Notes under the pieces: model-generated | Database searches by the model: none | What the model was told of the DNA's origin: nothing | Seen by the model: only the letters and a program-made list of their open reading frames with translations | Translations under genes and position numbers: made by a program | In this document: positions 16,403 through 25,001 of the stretch, piece by piece | Layout of the letters: the number at the start of each line of letters is the position of its first letter | Numbering within the stretch: the first letter of the stretch is position 1 | Source: an uncultured Gemmatimonadaceae bacterium | GTDB taxonomy: Bacteria > Gemmatimonadota > Gemmatimonadetes > Gemmatimonadales > Gemmatimonadaceae | Direction of reading: 5' to 3' | NCBI GenBank assembly: GCA_963728785.1 | Contig: CAVSKV010000002.1 | Coordinates: 627,195 to 691,194 of the forward strand | Length of the DNA stretch: 64,000 nucleotides

Positions 16403-17216
16403 TGCGAAGACCGACGGTCCGTCGGGCCGAGTCGGCGCCGTCGTGCGACCTGGCGACGATGCCCACGATACGAATGGCCTCGTCCACTCCGGCGGACGGC
16501 GGCCGCTCCCGACCCGCACTGTCGCTGTACGTGAAGCGCAGCCCGGAGCGCGCCGGGTCGGCAGTGTACGCGGCCAGCGGCCCGGCAACCGGCTGGATGG
16601 CATTGAATCGGTTGGCCGCGGCGTTCCAATCGCGCATGCCGAGGTACCAGCGGCGATCGCCGGAACGATACAGTGAGAACCGGATGCGGCGTACGAGGCG
16701 TACGATGGCGAGCGGTCCGGCGCCGGCGGGGACGGCCAGGTGCAACAGGCGCCCGGCATCGTCGGGCTCGGCGGCACACGATGCCGGACTCGACGTCACG
16801 TCATCGATGCGGAGCGCCCGCCATGTCGGAGGCTGGACGGATTCGTCGAGCACAAGCGCGACGTCGCCAGCTCTGGGTTCGATCGAGAACGACGCCAGCG
16901 CTGGACCGTCGTGCGCACCGGCGTCGATCGCGAGGCCGGAGGGCACGACACAGGCGACCGCCATGCCCACGAGGGCATTCAGCTCGACGGCGGAATCGGA
17001 AAGTTGACCGGCCGCGAGGTCCTCGGACGCAGCCGGCGCAAGGGCGGCCGATAGGATTGCGACGGTTTGCTGCGCAGCACGCGCGTCGGCGTAGGATGTG
17101 GCGAGGGAGCGTTGGAGGCGTTCGTGGGACACAGCGGTGCGCCCGAGCAGGGCCAGCACGATGGCCAACACGGTGAGCGCAGTCATGAGCTCGATGGCGG
17201 AGAAGGCGCGCCGCAT
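16392..17216 (-). CDS. PilW/GspJ-like minor pilin with a degenerate prepilin motif
   Basis: 274 aa. N-terminus MRRAFSAIELMTALTVLAIVLALL has a prepilin-type methylation motif with Ala in place of the usual Gly at -1 and a conserved Glu5. Confidence 0.7.
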   Translation of the reverse strand: MRRAFSAIELMTALTVLAIVLALLGRTAVSHERLQRSLATSYADARAAQQTVAILSAALAPAASEDLAAGQLSDSAVELNALVGMAVACVVPSGLAIDAGAHDGPALASFSIEPRAGDVALVLDESVQPPTWRALRIDDVTSSPASCAAEPDDAGRLLHLAVPAGAGPLAIVRLVRRIRFSLYRSGDRRWYLGMRDWNAAANRFNAIQPVAGPLAAYTADPARSGLRFTYSDSAGRERPPSAGVDEAIRIVGIVARSHDGADSARRTVGLRNAP

Positions 17217-17219
17217 GGA

Positions 17220-17588
17220 CTAGCACATCACCGCAGTGGTGAAGACGAACGCCGAACGGTGGGCCAACCCCTGGTAGTCGATGCTGTCGCGGAGCACGCG
17301 CGCCGACTCGGACGACGACCGCACGGACCAGAATTCCCGCACGCCGGGAACGGGCGAAGCCTGGCCGGTGACCGGTGCCGGGCAGCCCAGCGACCGGAGA
17401 TCGGCCAGCGTGGTCAGGGCGGCTGCCAATCCCGCTTCACGCCGCTGGGCGACAGCCTGCGCGCGGACGAGAAGGGCTGCGCCGCCGGCGAAGGCAAGCA
17501 GGGCGCAATCGAACACGAGGAGCGCGACCAGCAGTTCGATGAGCGTGAAGCCGCGGCGCGAACGGGCGGCCATCGGTGGCGTGGGCAT
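17220..17588 (-). CDS. PilV/GspI-like minor pilin (prepilin-type N-terminal cleavage/methylation domain)
   Basis: 122 aa. Canonical RRGFTLIELLVALLVF motif. Confidence 0.8.
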   Translation of the reverse strand: MPTPPMAARSRRGFTLIELLVALLVFDCALLAFAGGAALLVRAQAVAQRREAGLAAALTTLADLRSLGCPAPVTGQASPVPGVREFWSVRSSSESARVLRDSIDYQGLAHRSAFVFTTAVMC

Positions 17589-17678
17589 GCCCCAGGTTGG
17601 CCGTGGAAGGACAATCGTGCATCACCCAAACGTTGCCGGGCGGTGCGGACTGCCGCCGGGGTCATTGCCGCCCTTGGC

Positions 17679-19424
17679 TCACAACGTTGAATGACGACTG
17701 GTGTCGGTCGGCACGTGCTTTCCAGTGTCGCCCGGCTCTTTCGGCAATGGTCTCGGCGTTACACCGGAATCCGAGGCGAGCTTGCGGTGCGCGGCAACGT
17801 ACGCCTTGGCGCTATCGGCCAAGACGAGGATGTTGTGCATGTCCGCGACCGGCCCGCCGTGTCGCACGGCATCGACTGCGACGACTTTGGCTGAATCAAA
17901 TTTCATTTCCAGCAGCAGGCAGTCGGCGAGTTGCGGGCGGCCCAAGGACATTGTGGAGTCGACCCTGATGGCCCACCGGTACAGGTCGATCGCCGGTTTA
18001 CAGATGCCCCACTGGCGATAGTCCTCGGCGAAGCTGAAGGCCAAGAACGGATCGAACTGGAACAGCTGCATAGCGCGTCGGTATTCGGCCTCGCCGTCGC
18101 GCATCCGCTTGTTCTCCATGTACCAGGCGCCAAGCATATAGTGGGCGCGGTAGCTGTCGGGCGTATCCTTGATCGCAGTTTTGAACAGGACGTCGTCGTC
18201 ATGCCAGACCTTCTGGCGCACAGCGCTGTGCCACGTAGCTGCGGCGAGGAGCATCGCCACGGCGGCGGCGGCAGCGTATTGCAGGCGGTGCGCCGAGAGC
18301 CAGTCGTAGCACAGGGGGATGAGCGCCCCGACGAAGATCATCGCGCCGACACTGGGAAAGAGCAGCGTCCGTTCAGCGATGATGAAGCCGGCCGGCACCA
18401 CGATGTTGCTCACCGGCGACATGGCGACGATGACCCAGCCGAGGCCGAAGCTGGCCGCGGGAAGCCGTCTGCGCAGTGCGAAGGCAAGTCCGACGACTCC
18501 GATCATGAGCAGCAGTCCCGGTAGCTGCGTGATGCTCACTCCCTGCGCGATGTCGACGTATGGCGGAGTGTATTCGGTGGTCAGGTGCACGGGCCAGAGG
18601 AACAGCCGCCCCCATGCCGGCGCCACGCCGATCATGGTGAGGACGCGATTGGCCGTGGAGAGATGGAGCCCCTGGAACACAACGAAGGGCTGAAACCCGG
18701 TGAAGCTTCCAGGGAGCACGACGCTACGCGCCCATAGATAGCCAAGCGCAAGCGCGACGAGGCCAAGCACGAGCGGACGCATTTCCACCAGGCGCGTCCA
18801 CAGCGGACGCGGATCACGCACCACGGTCAGTTCGGCGACGACGATGAGCGCCACGAGGACGATGCCGTGCTCCTTGAACAGCATAGCACCTGCGTAGCAC
18901 GCGCCGATCCCGATCTGGCGGCCGAGCGATAGCGGGCCCGTAGCGCGGCCGTGCACGTACAGGGCCATGGCGACGCACAGCAGGAGTCCGGTGGTGAGTT
19001 CCGACTGGCCGACCACGTTGGCCACTGCTTCGACGTGGACAGGATGCACGGCGAAGAGGGCCGACGCGATCCAGGCCGGCGCCTTGGGCAGCACGCCCGT
19101 CATCACCCAGAACACAGCCACGCAGATCGCCATGTACAGGCCGACGTTGACGACGTGGAAGAGGAGCGGCGACCCGTGTCCCACCACCCACTGCACGGCG
19201 AACGCGAGAGTGGTCAGCGGGCGATAGCCGTCGCCGCCCCACGCCTGGGTCCAATACGAATCGGCGAGCAGATGCCACCATTGGACGAGGGTATGGACCC
19301 GCCCGTCCCTTTGAATGATGAACAAGTCGTCATAGGCGAACTGATTGCGAAGCCCCGTCGCCGACGCCGCAAATGCCAGTAGCGCAATGCTCGCGGCGAG
19401 AATCCACCAGGTACGGCGCTTCAT
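17679..19424 (-). CDS. GT-C-fold membrane glycosyltransferase with C-terminal TPR region (PMT/TMTC-like)
   Basis: 581 aa. Acidic first-loop motif FAYDDLFII, at least 10 hydrophobic segments, and a C-terminal TPR-like soluble region (YRAHYMLGAWYMENKRMRDGEAEYRRAMQL). ATGA overlap with the upstream GT2 stop. Confidence 0.7.
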   Translation of the reverse strand: MKRRTWWILAASIALLAFAASATGLRNQFAYDDLFIIQRDGRVHTLVQWWHLLADSYWTQAWGGDGYRPLTTLAFAVQWVVGHGSPLLFHVVNVGLYMAICVAVFWVMTGVLPKAPAWIASALFAVHPVHVEAVANVVGQSELTTGLLLCVAMALYVHGRATGPLSLGRQIGIGACYAGAMLFKEHGIVLVALIVVAELTVVRDPRPLWTRLVEMRPLVLGLVALALGYLWARSVVLPGSFTGFQPFVVFQGLHLSTANRVLTMIGVAPAWGRLFLWPVHLTTEYTPPYVDIAQGVSITQLPGLLLMIGVVGLAFALRRRLPAASFGLGWVIVAMSPVSNIVVPAGFIIAERTLLFPSVGAMIFVGALIPLCYDWLSAHRLQYAAAAAVAMLLAAATWHSAVRQKVWHDDDVLFKTAIKDTPDSYRAHYMLGAWYMENKRMRDGEAEYRRAMQLFQFDPFLAFSFAEDYRQWGICKPAIDLYRWAIRVDSTMSLGRPQLADCLLLEMKFDSAKVVAVDAVRHGGPVADMHNILVLADSAKAYVAAHRKLASDSGVTPRPLPKEPGDTGKHVPTDTSRHSTL

Positions 19425-20209
19425 GAGAAGAGATTGAACCTGAGGATGTGCCAGAGGGCGGCGACGCCGTCCTTCCAGTTGATCTTCTTGCCTTCGGCGT
19501 ACGTGCGACCGGAGTAGTTGATGGGGACCTCGAAGATGCGCACTCGGGCGCGGGAGAGCCGCGCCGTGACTTCGGGTTCGAACCCGAACCTGTTGGCGGT
19601 GAGGGGGAGCGAGCGAGCGAGATCACCGCGGATGGCCTTGTAGCAGGTTTCCATATCGGTGAGGTTGAGGTTGGTGAGCATGTTGCTGAACGTGGTCAGC
19701 AGTCGGTTGCCCACGGAGTGCCAGAAGTACAGCACGCGATGGGGCCCCCCGAGGAACCGTGAGCCGAAGCAGGCGTCGGCGCGCCCATCGATGATTGGCG
19801 CCAGGAGCACGGGCCAGTCGGAAGGGGCGTACTCGAGGTCGGCGTCCTGCACGACGACCACCTGGCCGGTGCTGGCGGCGAGTGCTGTGCGGATAGCCGC
19901 ACCCTTGCCCATGTTGTGGGGTTGCAGAATCAGCTTGTGGAAGCGGCCCTCGGCATGCAGCTGCTGCAGCCGCTCGCGCGTGCCGTCGGTGGAGAAGTCG
20001 TCCACGCAGACGATCTCCTTGGGCATGGGCGTGGAGTGCACACGGTCGAGGATCACGTCGATGGTACTCAGTTCGTTGTAGACGGGAATGAGCACCGACA
20101 GCCGCCACGCGTTCATGTCGAGCGGCGTGAACGGGGTGCTGCGTGGCGCCGGATGGGGCGGGGACCCGCCTGGAGCGACGGGCGATGCGCCGGAGAAGGG
20201 CATGGTCAT
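19421..20209 (-). CDS. GT2 glycosyltransferase, polyprenyl-phosphate sugar synthase-like (Dpm1/GtrB/ArnC type)
   Basis: 262 aa. LSVLIPVYNE, VCVDDFSTDGT and the DxD motif in VVVVQDADLEY. ATGA overlap with the upstream gene. Confidence 0.85.
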   Translation of the reverse strand: MTMPFSGASPVAPGGSPPHPAPRSTPFTPLDMNAWRLSVLIPVYNELSTIDVILDRVHSTPMPKEIVCVDDFSTDGTRERLQQLHAEGRFHKLILQPHNMGKGAAIRTALAASTGQVVVVQDADLEYAPSDWPVLLAPIIDGRADACFGSRFLGGPHRVLYFWHSVGNRLLTTFSNMLTNLNLTDMETCYKAIRGDLARSLPLTANRFGFEPEVTARLSRARVRIFEVPINYSGRTYAEGKKINWKDGVAALWHILRFNLFS

Positions 20210-21783
20210 CTCGAAGTCGGGGCGTAGATCAGGCCGCCTGGGAAGCTGTCCGTCAGCGCGAGTTCTTGCGGGCGGCGGGCCACGAGCCGCTCGGCCACTT
20301 CTTGCTGACCATGTGTGGTCACGAGGAGGGCGTCGACGTGATACGCCGTGAGGATGTCGTGCAGCACTTCAGCATCGTGGGCAATCGTGGGAGGCTGGAG
20401 AAAATCGGTGGCTTCCGTCGAAGCGCTGGGAACTGCCTGGCGTCCAGTGTAAAGGTAGATGGCGGCGTCGTCGGGGCTGCTGTACACGGCGCCCGGCCGC
20501 GCGTCGGCCCTCACCTTCATGACCACCGCACGCAGCGCCACGCCACGTCCGCGCGGAAGGTTCTCCCACCAGTCGAAGCGGTACCCACGAGCATTGTACC
20601 GGACGTACCCGAGAGCGGGAACTACGGCCGCGGCGAGCAGCCAGACGCGGGCCGCGCGTGGAACGCGCGCCGGCAGTTCCCAGCGCCAGAGGGCGCGGAT
20701 GCCGATCAGGGGCAACGCGACGAGCAGCGGCCATACCCCCCACAAGAAGCGGGCCGGCGTGTAGGGCCACACGAGGACGATGGCAGCATACAGGGCCAGA
20801 AACAGCGCGGTCACCGGCGCAGCGGCCCACAGGCGCCGGGCGCCGAGCGCCGCGAGGGGCGTGAGCAGGACGAGTCCAACGACCCCCGCGGCGGGCGAGG
20901 GGACCAACGCCGTCAAAGCTTCGAACATCGCGGCGATGGCGTGCGTGGTGGCGCCGATCGTCGCGGCCACGAATCCGATACCGCCGGAGCGCACGGCGTC
21001 AACGAACCAAGGGCCGTATGGACCGTAGGTGCCGCTGAGCGGCGCCGGGAGTCCGCTGGCGTGCGCGTAGACCCAACCCTGCCAGGGGGCCATGACGGCC
21101 AGCGCCGAGGCGCCCGCCGCAAGAGCGTCACGGTGACGACGGCGAAGCAGCAGCATCAGAACGAGCGCCGCGACGAGCGCGAGGCCGTGGCTGCGTATCA
21201 GCGTGGCGAGGCCGGCGAGGGCGCCCGCGGCGGCCGCGCGCGCCGCATGCTGGTCGCCGTCCACGACCCGCTCACCGAGCAGGAGTGCGGGAAGCGCAAC
21301 AGCCAGAAACAGGGGTTCGGACATGACGAGCGCGCTCAGCACGAACGTCGGGACCCCGATCGACAGAACGATCGCAGCCACCGCCGCCTCGAGATCGGAG
21401 CACCTGAATCGCACGCGCGCGAACAGCGCGATCCAGCCGGCGGCCACGCCTACGAGCAGCGCGTTGACGGCTTTGAACAACAGCAAATTGGCCGGAAACG
21501 ACGGAAAGATCCGCCAGAGCAGCGCCAGGAGCAGAGGGTAGCCCGGCGGAAAGTGGGTGGCAAATGGGGTGCCGGGCAGGTTGAGGTAGCGGAATCCCGT
21601 GCCCGTTGCGAGCGCCTTCGCCAATTCGACGTACACCGAGTCGTCGTGCACCGCGCCCACCGGATAGGTGTCGATGGCGCGCGCCGCCAGGGCGACCACG
21701 AACAGTGGAGCCAACCAGACGGAGAGCCGCACGAGCGTGACCCGCGCCCCGGGCGGCAGTTCGCCTTCCGTAGCCTCGGTCAC
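20206..21783 (-). CDS. Polytopic membrane protein, GT-C-like glycosyltransferase (ArnT/GT39/GT87-like)
   Basis: I chose GTG at 21783, which overlaps the pilR stop (GTGA); the track ORF extends to 21888. N-terminal loop YPVGAVHDDSVYVELAKALATGTGF, many transmembrane segments and a soluble C-terminus. Confidence 0.6.
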   Translation of the reverse strand: MTEATEGELPPGARVTLVRLSVWLAPLFVVALAARAIDTYPVGAVHDDSVYVELAKALATGTGFRYLNLPGTPFATHFPPGYPLLLALLWRIFPSFPANLLLFKAVNALLVGVAAGWIALFARVRFRCSDLEAAVAAIVLSIGVPTFVLSALVMSEPLFLAVALPALLLGERVVDGDQHAARAAAAGALAGLATLIRSHGLALVAALVLMLLLRRRHRDALAAGASALAVMAPWQGWVYAHASGLPAPLSGTYGPYGPWFVDAVRSGGIGFVAATIGATTHAIAAMFEALTALVPSPAAGVVGLVLLTPLAALGARRLWAAAPVTALFLALYAAIVLVWPYTPARFLWGVWPLLVALPLIGIRALWRWELPARVPRAARVWLLAAAVVPALGYVRYNARGYRFDWWENLPRGRGVALRAVVMKVRADARPGAVYSSPDDAAIYLYTGRQAVPSASTEATDFLQPPTIAHDAEVLHDILTAYHVDALLVTTHGQQEVAERLVARRPQELALTDSFPGGLIYAPTSR

Positions 21784-23162
21784 GCCTCGACCCCGTAGCG
21801 CGAGAGCTTGCGGTAGAGCGTCGAGGGATCGATGCCAAGCACCTCGGCGGTGCGCGACTTGTTGCCGCCTTCGCTCTGCAGCACCCACATGATGTAGGCA
21901 CGTTCCACGGTATCAAGCGTGGGATTGGTCGGGGTGCGCGACGTGACGAGCGGCTCCGCGTTGCGCTGCGTGACCCGTTCCGGCAGGCCGCCGACGCCGA
22001 TCGTATCGCTGGTGGTGAGGATCGCCGCGCGCTCCAGCGCGTTCTCGAGTTCGCGCACGTTGCCTGGCCAGGCGTGTTCCTGCGCCGCAGCGAGGGCGGC
22101 ATCGTCGAGGTGTTTGAGCGGTTCGCCACGCGACTGGGCGATGCGCTGTAGAAAGTGGTCGATGAGCAACGGAATGTCGTCGCGGCGCTGTCGCAGTGGC
22201 GGCAGGTGCACGAGGATCACGTTGAGGCGGTAATACAGGTCGCTGCGGAACCGGCCGGCCTTGATGTCTTCTTCGAGATCGCGATTGGTGGCGGCGATGA
22301 GGCGCACGTCGATCGGCTCGGCGTCGGTGGCGCCCACCGGGATCACCTCGCGATGCTGCAGCACGCGGAGCAGCTTCACCTGCGTCGCCGGGGTCGTCTC
22401 TCCGATCTCGTCGAGGAAGAAGGTCCCCTTGGCCGCGGCGGCGAACAGGCCCGACTTGTCCTTGATGGCGCCGGTGAACGATCCCTTGACGTGCCCAAAC
22501 AGCTCGCTTTCCAACAGGCCCTCGGGGAGCGCGCCGCAGTTGATGGACAGGAACGGCCCGCCAGTGCGTGTGGAGAGCTCATGGATGTAGCGCGCGATCA
22601 CTTCCTTTCCCGTGCCCGACTCGCCCTGGATGAGCACCGTGCTTTCGGTGGGCGCCACCGTTTCGGCGAGTTGGAGCACCTCGATCCACGACTTGCTGTT
22701 CCCCACGGGACGGTCGCCCAGGCGTCGCTCGCGCCGCTTGATTTCCTGCTTGAGCGACTTGTTCTCCACCCGCAACTGCCGGTGCTCGGCGGCGCGCTTG
22801 AGGATGGCAATGAGTTCGTCGTTCTGGAACGGCTTCTGGATGTAGTAGAACGCGCCCTCGTTCACCGCCTGCATAGCCGACTGCAGCGTGGCCTGCGCCG
22901 TCATCAGGATCACCGGCACGTCGGGATCGTTCTGCCGGGCGGCAGCCAGGATCTCGACCCCGCTCACGTTGGGCATGCGGATGTCGGTGAGCACGATTTC
23001 CGGCGAGAGTTCGCCGAGCATCTCGAGCCCTTTCTTGCCTCCGTGAGCGAGCCGCGGATCGAACCCTTCGTTGCGGAGCAGGATGCTCAGCGATTCGAGG
23101 ATGCCGGTCTCGTCGTCGACGACGAGCACGCTTGGCCTTTGGTCGGGCGAACGGGGCGTCAC
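21780..23162 (-). CDS. pilR: Sigma-54-dependent response regulator, PilR/NtrC family
   Basis: 460 aa. Receiver domain (VLVVDDE...LTDIRMP), AAA+ domain (GESGTGKE, GSFTGA variant of GAFTGA, ESELFGH) and a Fis-type helix-turn-helix (AEVLGIDPSTLYRKL). The pilR name rests on the PilS-like partner and pilus context. Confidence 0.85.
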   Translation of the reverse strand: MTPRSPDQRPSVLVVDDETGILESLSILLRNEGFDPRLAHGGKKGLEMLGELSPEIVLTDIRMPNVSGVEILAAARQNDPDVPVILMTAQATLQSAMQAVNEGAFYYIQKPFQNDELIAILKRAAEHRQLRVENKSLKQEIKRRERRLGDRPVGNSKSWIEVLQLAETVAPTESTVLIQGESGTGKEVIARYIHELSTRTGGPFLSINCGALPEGLLESELFGHVKGSFTGAIKDKSGLFAAAAKGTFFLDEIGETTPATQVKLLRVLQHREVIPVGATDAEPIDVRLIAATNRDLEEDIKAGRFRSDLYYRLNVILVHLPPLRQRRDDIPLLIDHFLQRIAQSRGEPLKHLDDAALAAAQEHAWPGNVRELENALERAAILTTSDTIGVGGLPERVTQRNAEPLVTSRTPTNPTLDTVERAYIMWVLQSEGGNKSRTAEVLGIDPSTLYRKLSRYGVEA

Positions 23163-24865
23163 GTGGTCTCTCCGTTTGTGGTCTGAACGGGCGGCAGGAT
23201 CACGGTGAACGTGGTGCCACGGGCCGTGCTGTCGAGGAACACCATACCGCGGTGCGCCTCGATGGCCCGGTGCACTACCGCGAGCCCGAGGCCGCTGCCA
23301 CCCGGCTTGGTTGTGAAGAACGGATCGAACAGCCGGTCGCGGATCTCGAGGGCGATGCCCGGCCCCTCATCGGCCACCTGGACCGCGACGCTGCCCTCGT
23401 CGTAGCGCACACCCATAGGTAGCTGATCGGGCGTTATCGCCATCACATCCACGCGCACCGTACCGCCATCGGGCGACGCCTGCGCGGCATTGAGAATCAG
23501 GTTGAACACGGCGCGGTGTAGCAGATCCTCGTCGCCCTGTACGACGAGCGAATCGTCATCGGGGGCCGTGCACACCAGACGCACATGGGACCGGTCGGGG
23601 TGCGCCTCCACGAGGCGGGTGGCTCCGCGCACGACCTCGGCCACGTCCACCGAGCCGGTACGCGACACCCTCACGCGGGCGAAGTCGAGGAACTCGGTGA
23701 GCAGGCGTGACAGCCGGTCGGACTCGCGCAACACCAAGCCGCTCAGCGTCTGCTGGTCGGCAGATTCCTGGCGCATCTTGGCCAGCTGCTCCACCGAACT
23801 GCGAATTGACGCCAACGGGTTCTTGATCTCGTGGGCCAGCGACGCGCTCAATTCGGCCACGCCCTCCAAGCGCTGGGCGCGCAGGCGCAACGTGTCGATG
23901 CGCTTTTGGTCGGAGATATCCTGGAAGATGGCCGTGGCCGTGCGGTCGGTGCGTTGGCCATCACCTTCGGTGTACGTGGTGGTGACGCCGATCGGGAAGC
24001 TTCGGCCTCCCGCAGTAACGATCCCTTCGCCTCGCGTGGTGCGGATTCGCTCGGTCACCGACTGCACGAGGGCGTGCGCCAGTTCCGGCGCCACGGCTGC
24101 AATCCGCTCGACGACCAGTGCGCCCATGGCGGCCTCGAGATTGACTCCCAACAGCGCCTGCGCCTTGGGGTTGGCGTAGAGCAGTTTGCCGCCCGAGTCG
24201 ATCGTCACGACGCCACTCTGGATGTTGCGCAGGATGTCGTCGGCCTGCACCCGGGCATGCTCGAGCGCGGCAACCAGCACTTCCTTGCCCTCACCCGCCT
24301 TCTGCAACTGTGAGGCGAGGACCGCACAACCGAGCGACACCGCGGCGAATACGCCGAGCTGTGCCCACACGATGCTGCTGTGCATCTCGGCGTTCACGCC
24401 GAACACGGTGTCGGCGAAGAACATCACGATGCCCAGCGCCGCGATGAGCAGCCCGCCGCCCATCGGCAGCATGAGGGTGGCGGTGGCAATGACCAGGATG
24501 TACAGCGCCGAGAACTGGGAGACTGAGCCGCTCTCGGCTCCACCCGGGGTGACGTGTACCACGACCGTCACGAGCAGGAGATCGAGAATGTTCTGCAGGT
24601 AAAGGAAAGTCTTGCCGAGCGGCTTCTTGTATATTTCGCTGTAGGCGAACGACGCGACCGTGAGGACCGTGACCAGGGCAAAGGCGACGGTGACCACGGT
24701 GAGTTTGGAGGCATCGGTTTCCTGACGCGCCCAACTGACCACGCCCGCGATGAAGATTGCGCTGGCAACAGAAAGCCGGCCGAGGTAGACCCAGCGGAGG
24801 AGGTGCCGCGGGTCCAACATGGCTTGGATCGAGGGTTGGCTCAGTGCTGGAGTGTGAAAGCGCAT
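23159..24865 (-). CDS. pilS: Sensor histidine kinase, PilS-like (multi-TM N-terminus, PAS, HisKA, HATPase)
   Basis: 568 aa. About six N-terminal transmembrane helices, a PAS-like region, H-box SLAHEIKNPLASI, and N/G boxes (NLILNAAQA, DEGPGI, GGSGLGLAVV). Confidence 0.8.
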   Translation of the reverse strand: MRFHTPALSQPSIQAMLDPRHLLRWVYLGRLSVASAIFIAGVVSWARQETDASKLTVVTVAFALVTVLTVASFAYSEIYKKPLGKTFLYLQNILDLLLVTVVVHVTPGGAESGSVSQFSALYILVIATATLMLPMGGGLLIAALGIVMFFADTVFGVNAEMHSSIVWAQLGVFAAVSLGCAVLASQLQKAGEGKEVLVAALEHARVQADDILRNIQSGVVTIDSGGKLLYANPKAQALLGVNLEAAMGALVVERIAAVAPELAHALVQSVTERIRTTRGEGIVTAGGRSFPIGVTTTYTEGDGQRTDRTATAIFQDISDQKRIDTLRLRAQRLEGVAELSASLAHEIKNPLASIRSSVEQLAKMRQESADQQTLSGLVLRESDRLSRLLTEFLDFARVRVSRTGSVDVAEVVRGATRLVEAHPDRSHVRLVCTAPDDDSLVVQGDEDLLHRAVFNLILNAAQASPDGGTVRVDVMAITPDQLPMGVRYDEGSVAVQVADEGPGIALEIRDRLFDPFFTTKPGGSGLGLAVVHRAIEAHRGMVFLDSTARGTTFTVILPPVQTTNGETT

Positions 24866-25001
24866 GCGACGAATGGTTATTGCAAAGTGCGAGATTCTTG
24901 GAACCCCGTTTACTCTGGCATTCTGCTATAGCGATGGACGACCCGCCAGTGCATAGGTTTCCGACCCGCCAACGCCGCTTCCCGAGGCCGACTTCGCACA
25001 A

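Noticed and set aside
16403-16777. N-terminal extension of the 459-aa track ORF (Pro/Ser/Arg/Thr-rich, 125 aa) ahead of the PilX-like hydrophobic segment. Analogous extensions occur on ORFs at 31332-32585, 35688-37202, 55897-56613, 59274-60281 and 25570-26289.
   Set aside because: The extensions overlap the preceding gene in another frame and have non-protein-like composition. Internal ATG or GTG starts sit at or next to the upstream stop codon.
19573-19586. Perfect 14-nt palindrome cgggttcgaacccg, reminiscent of a tRNA T-arm (GGTTCGAA).
   Set aside because: It lies inside the GT2 coding sequence with no flanking acceptor or anticodon arms. It is not a tRNA.
24899-24914. Sigma-54-like element TGGAACcccgtTTAC on the plus strand in the pilS/corC intergenic region.
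   Set aside because: It has two mismatches to TGGCAC-N5-TTGC, including the critical -12 GC. It points toward corC, not a pilus gene, and no pilA is present. It is likely chance.
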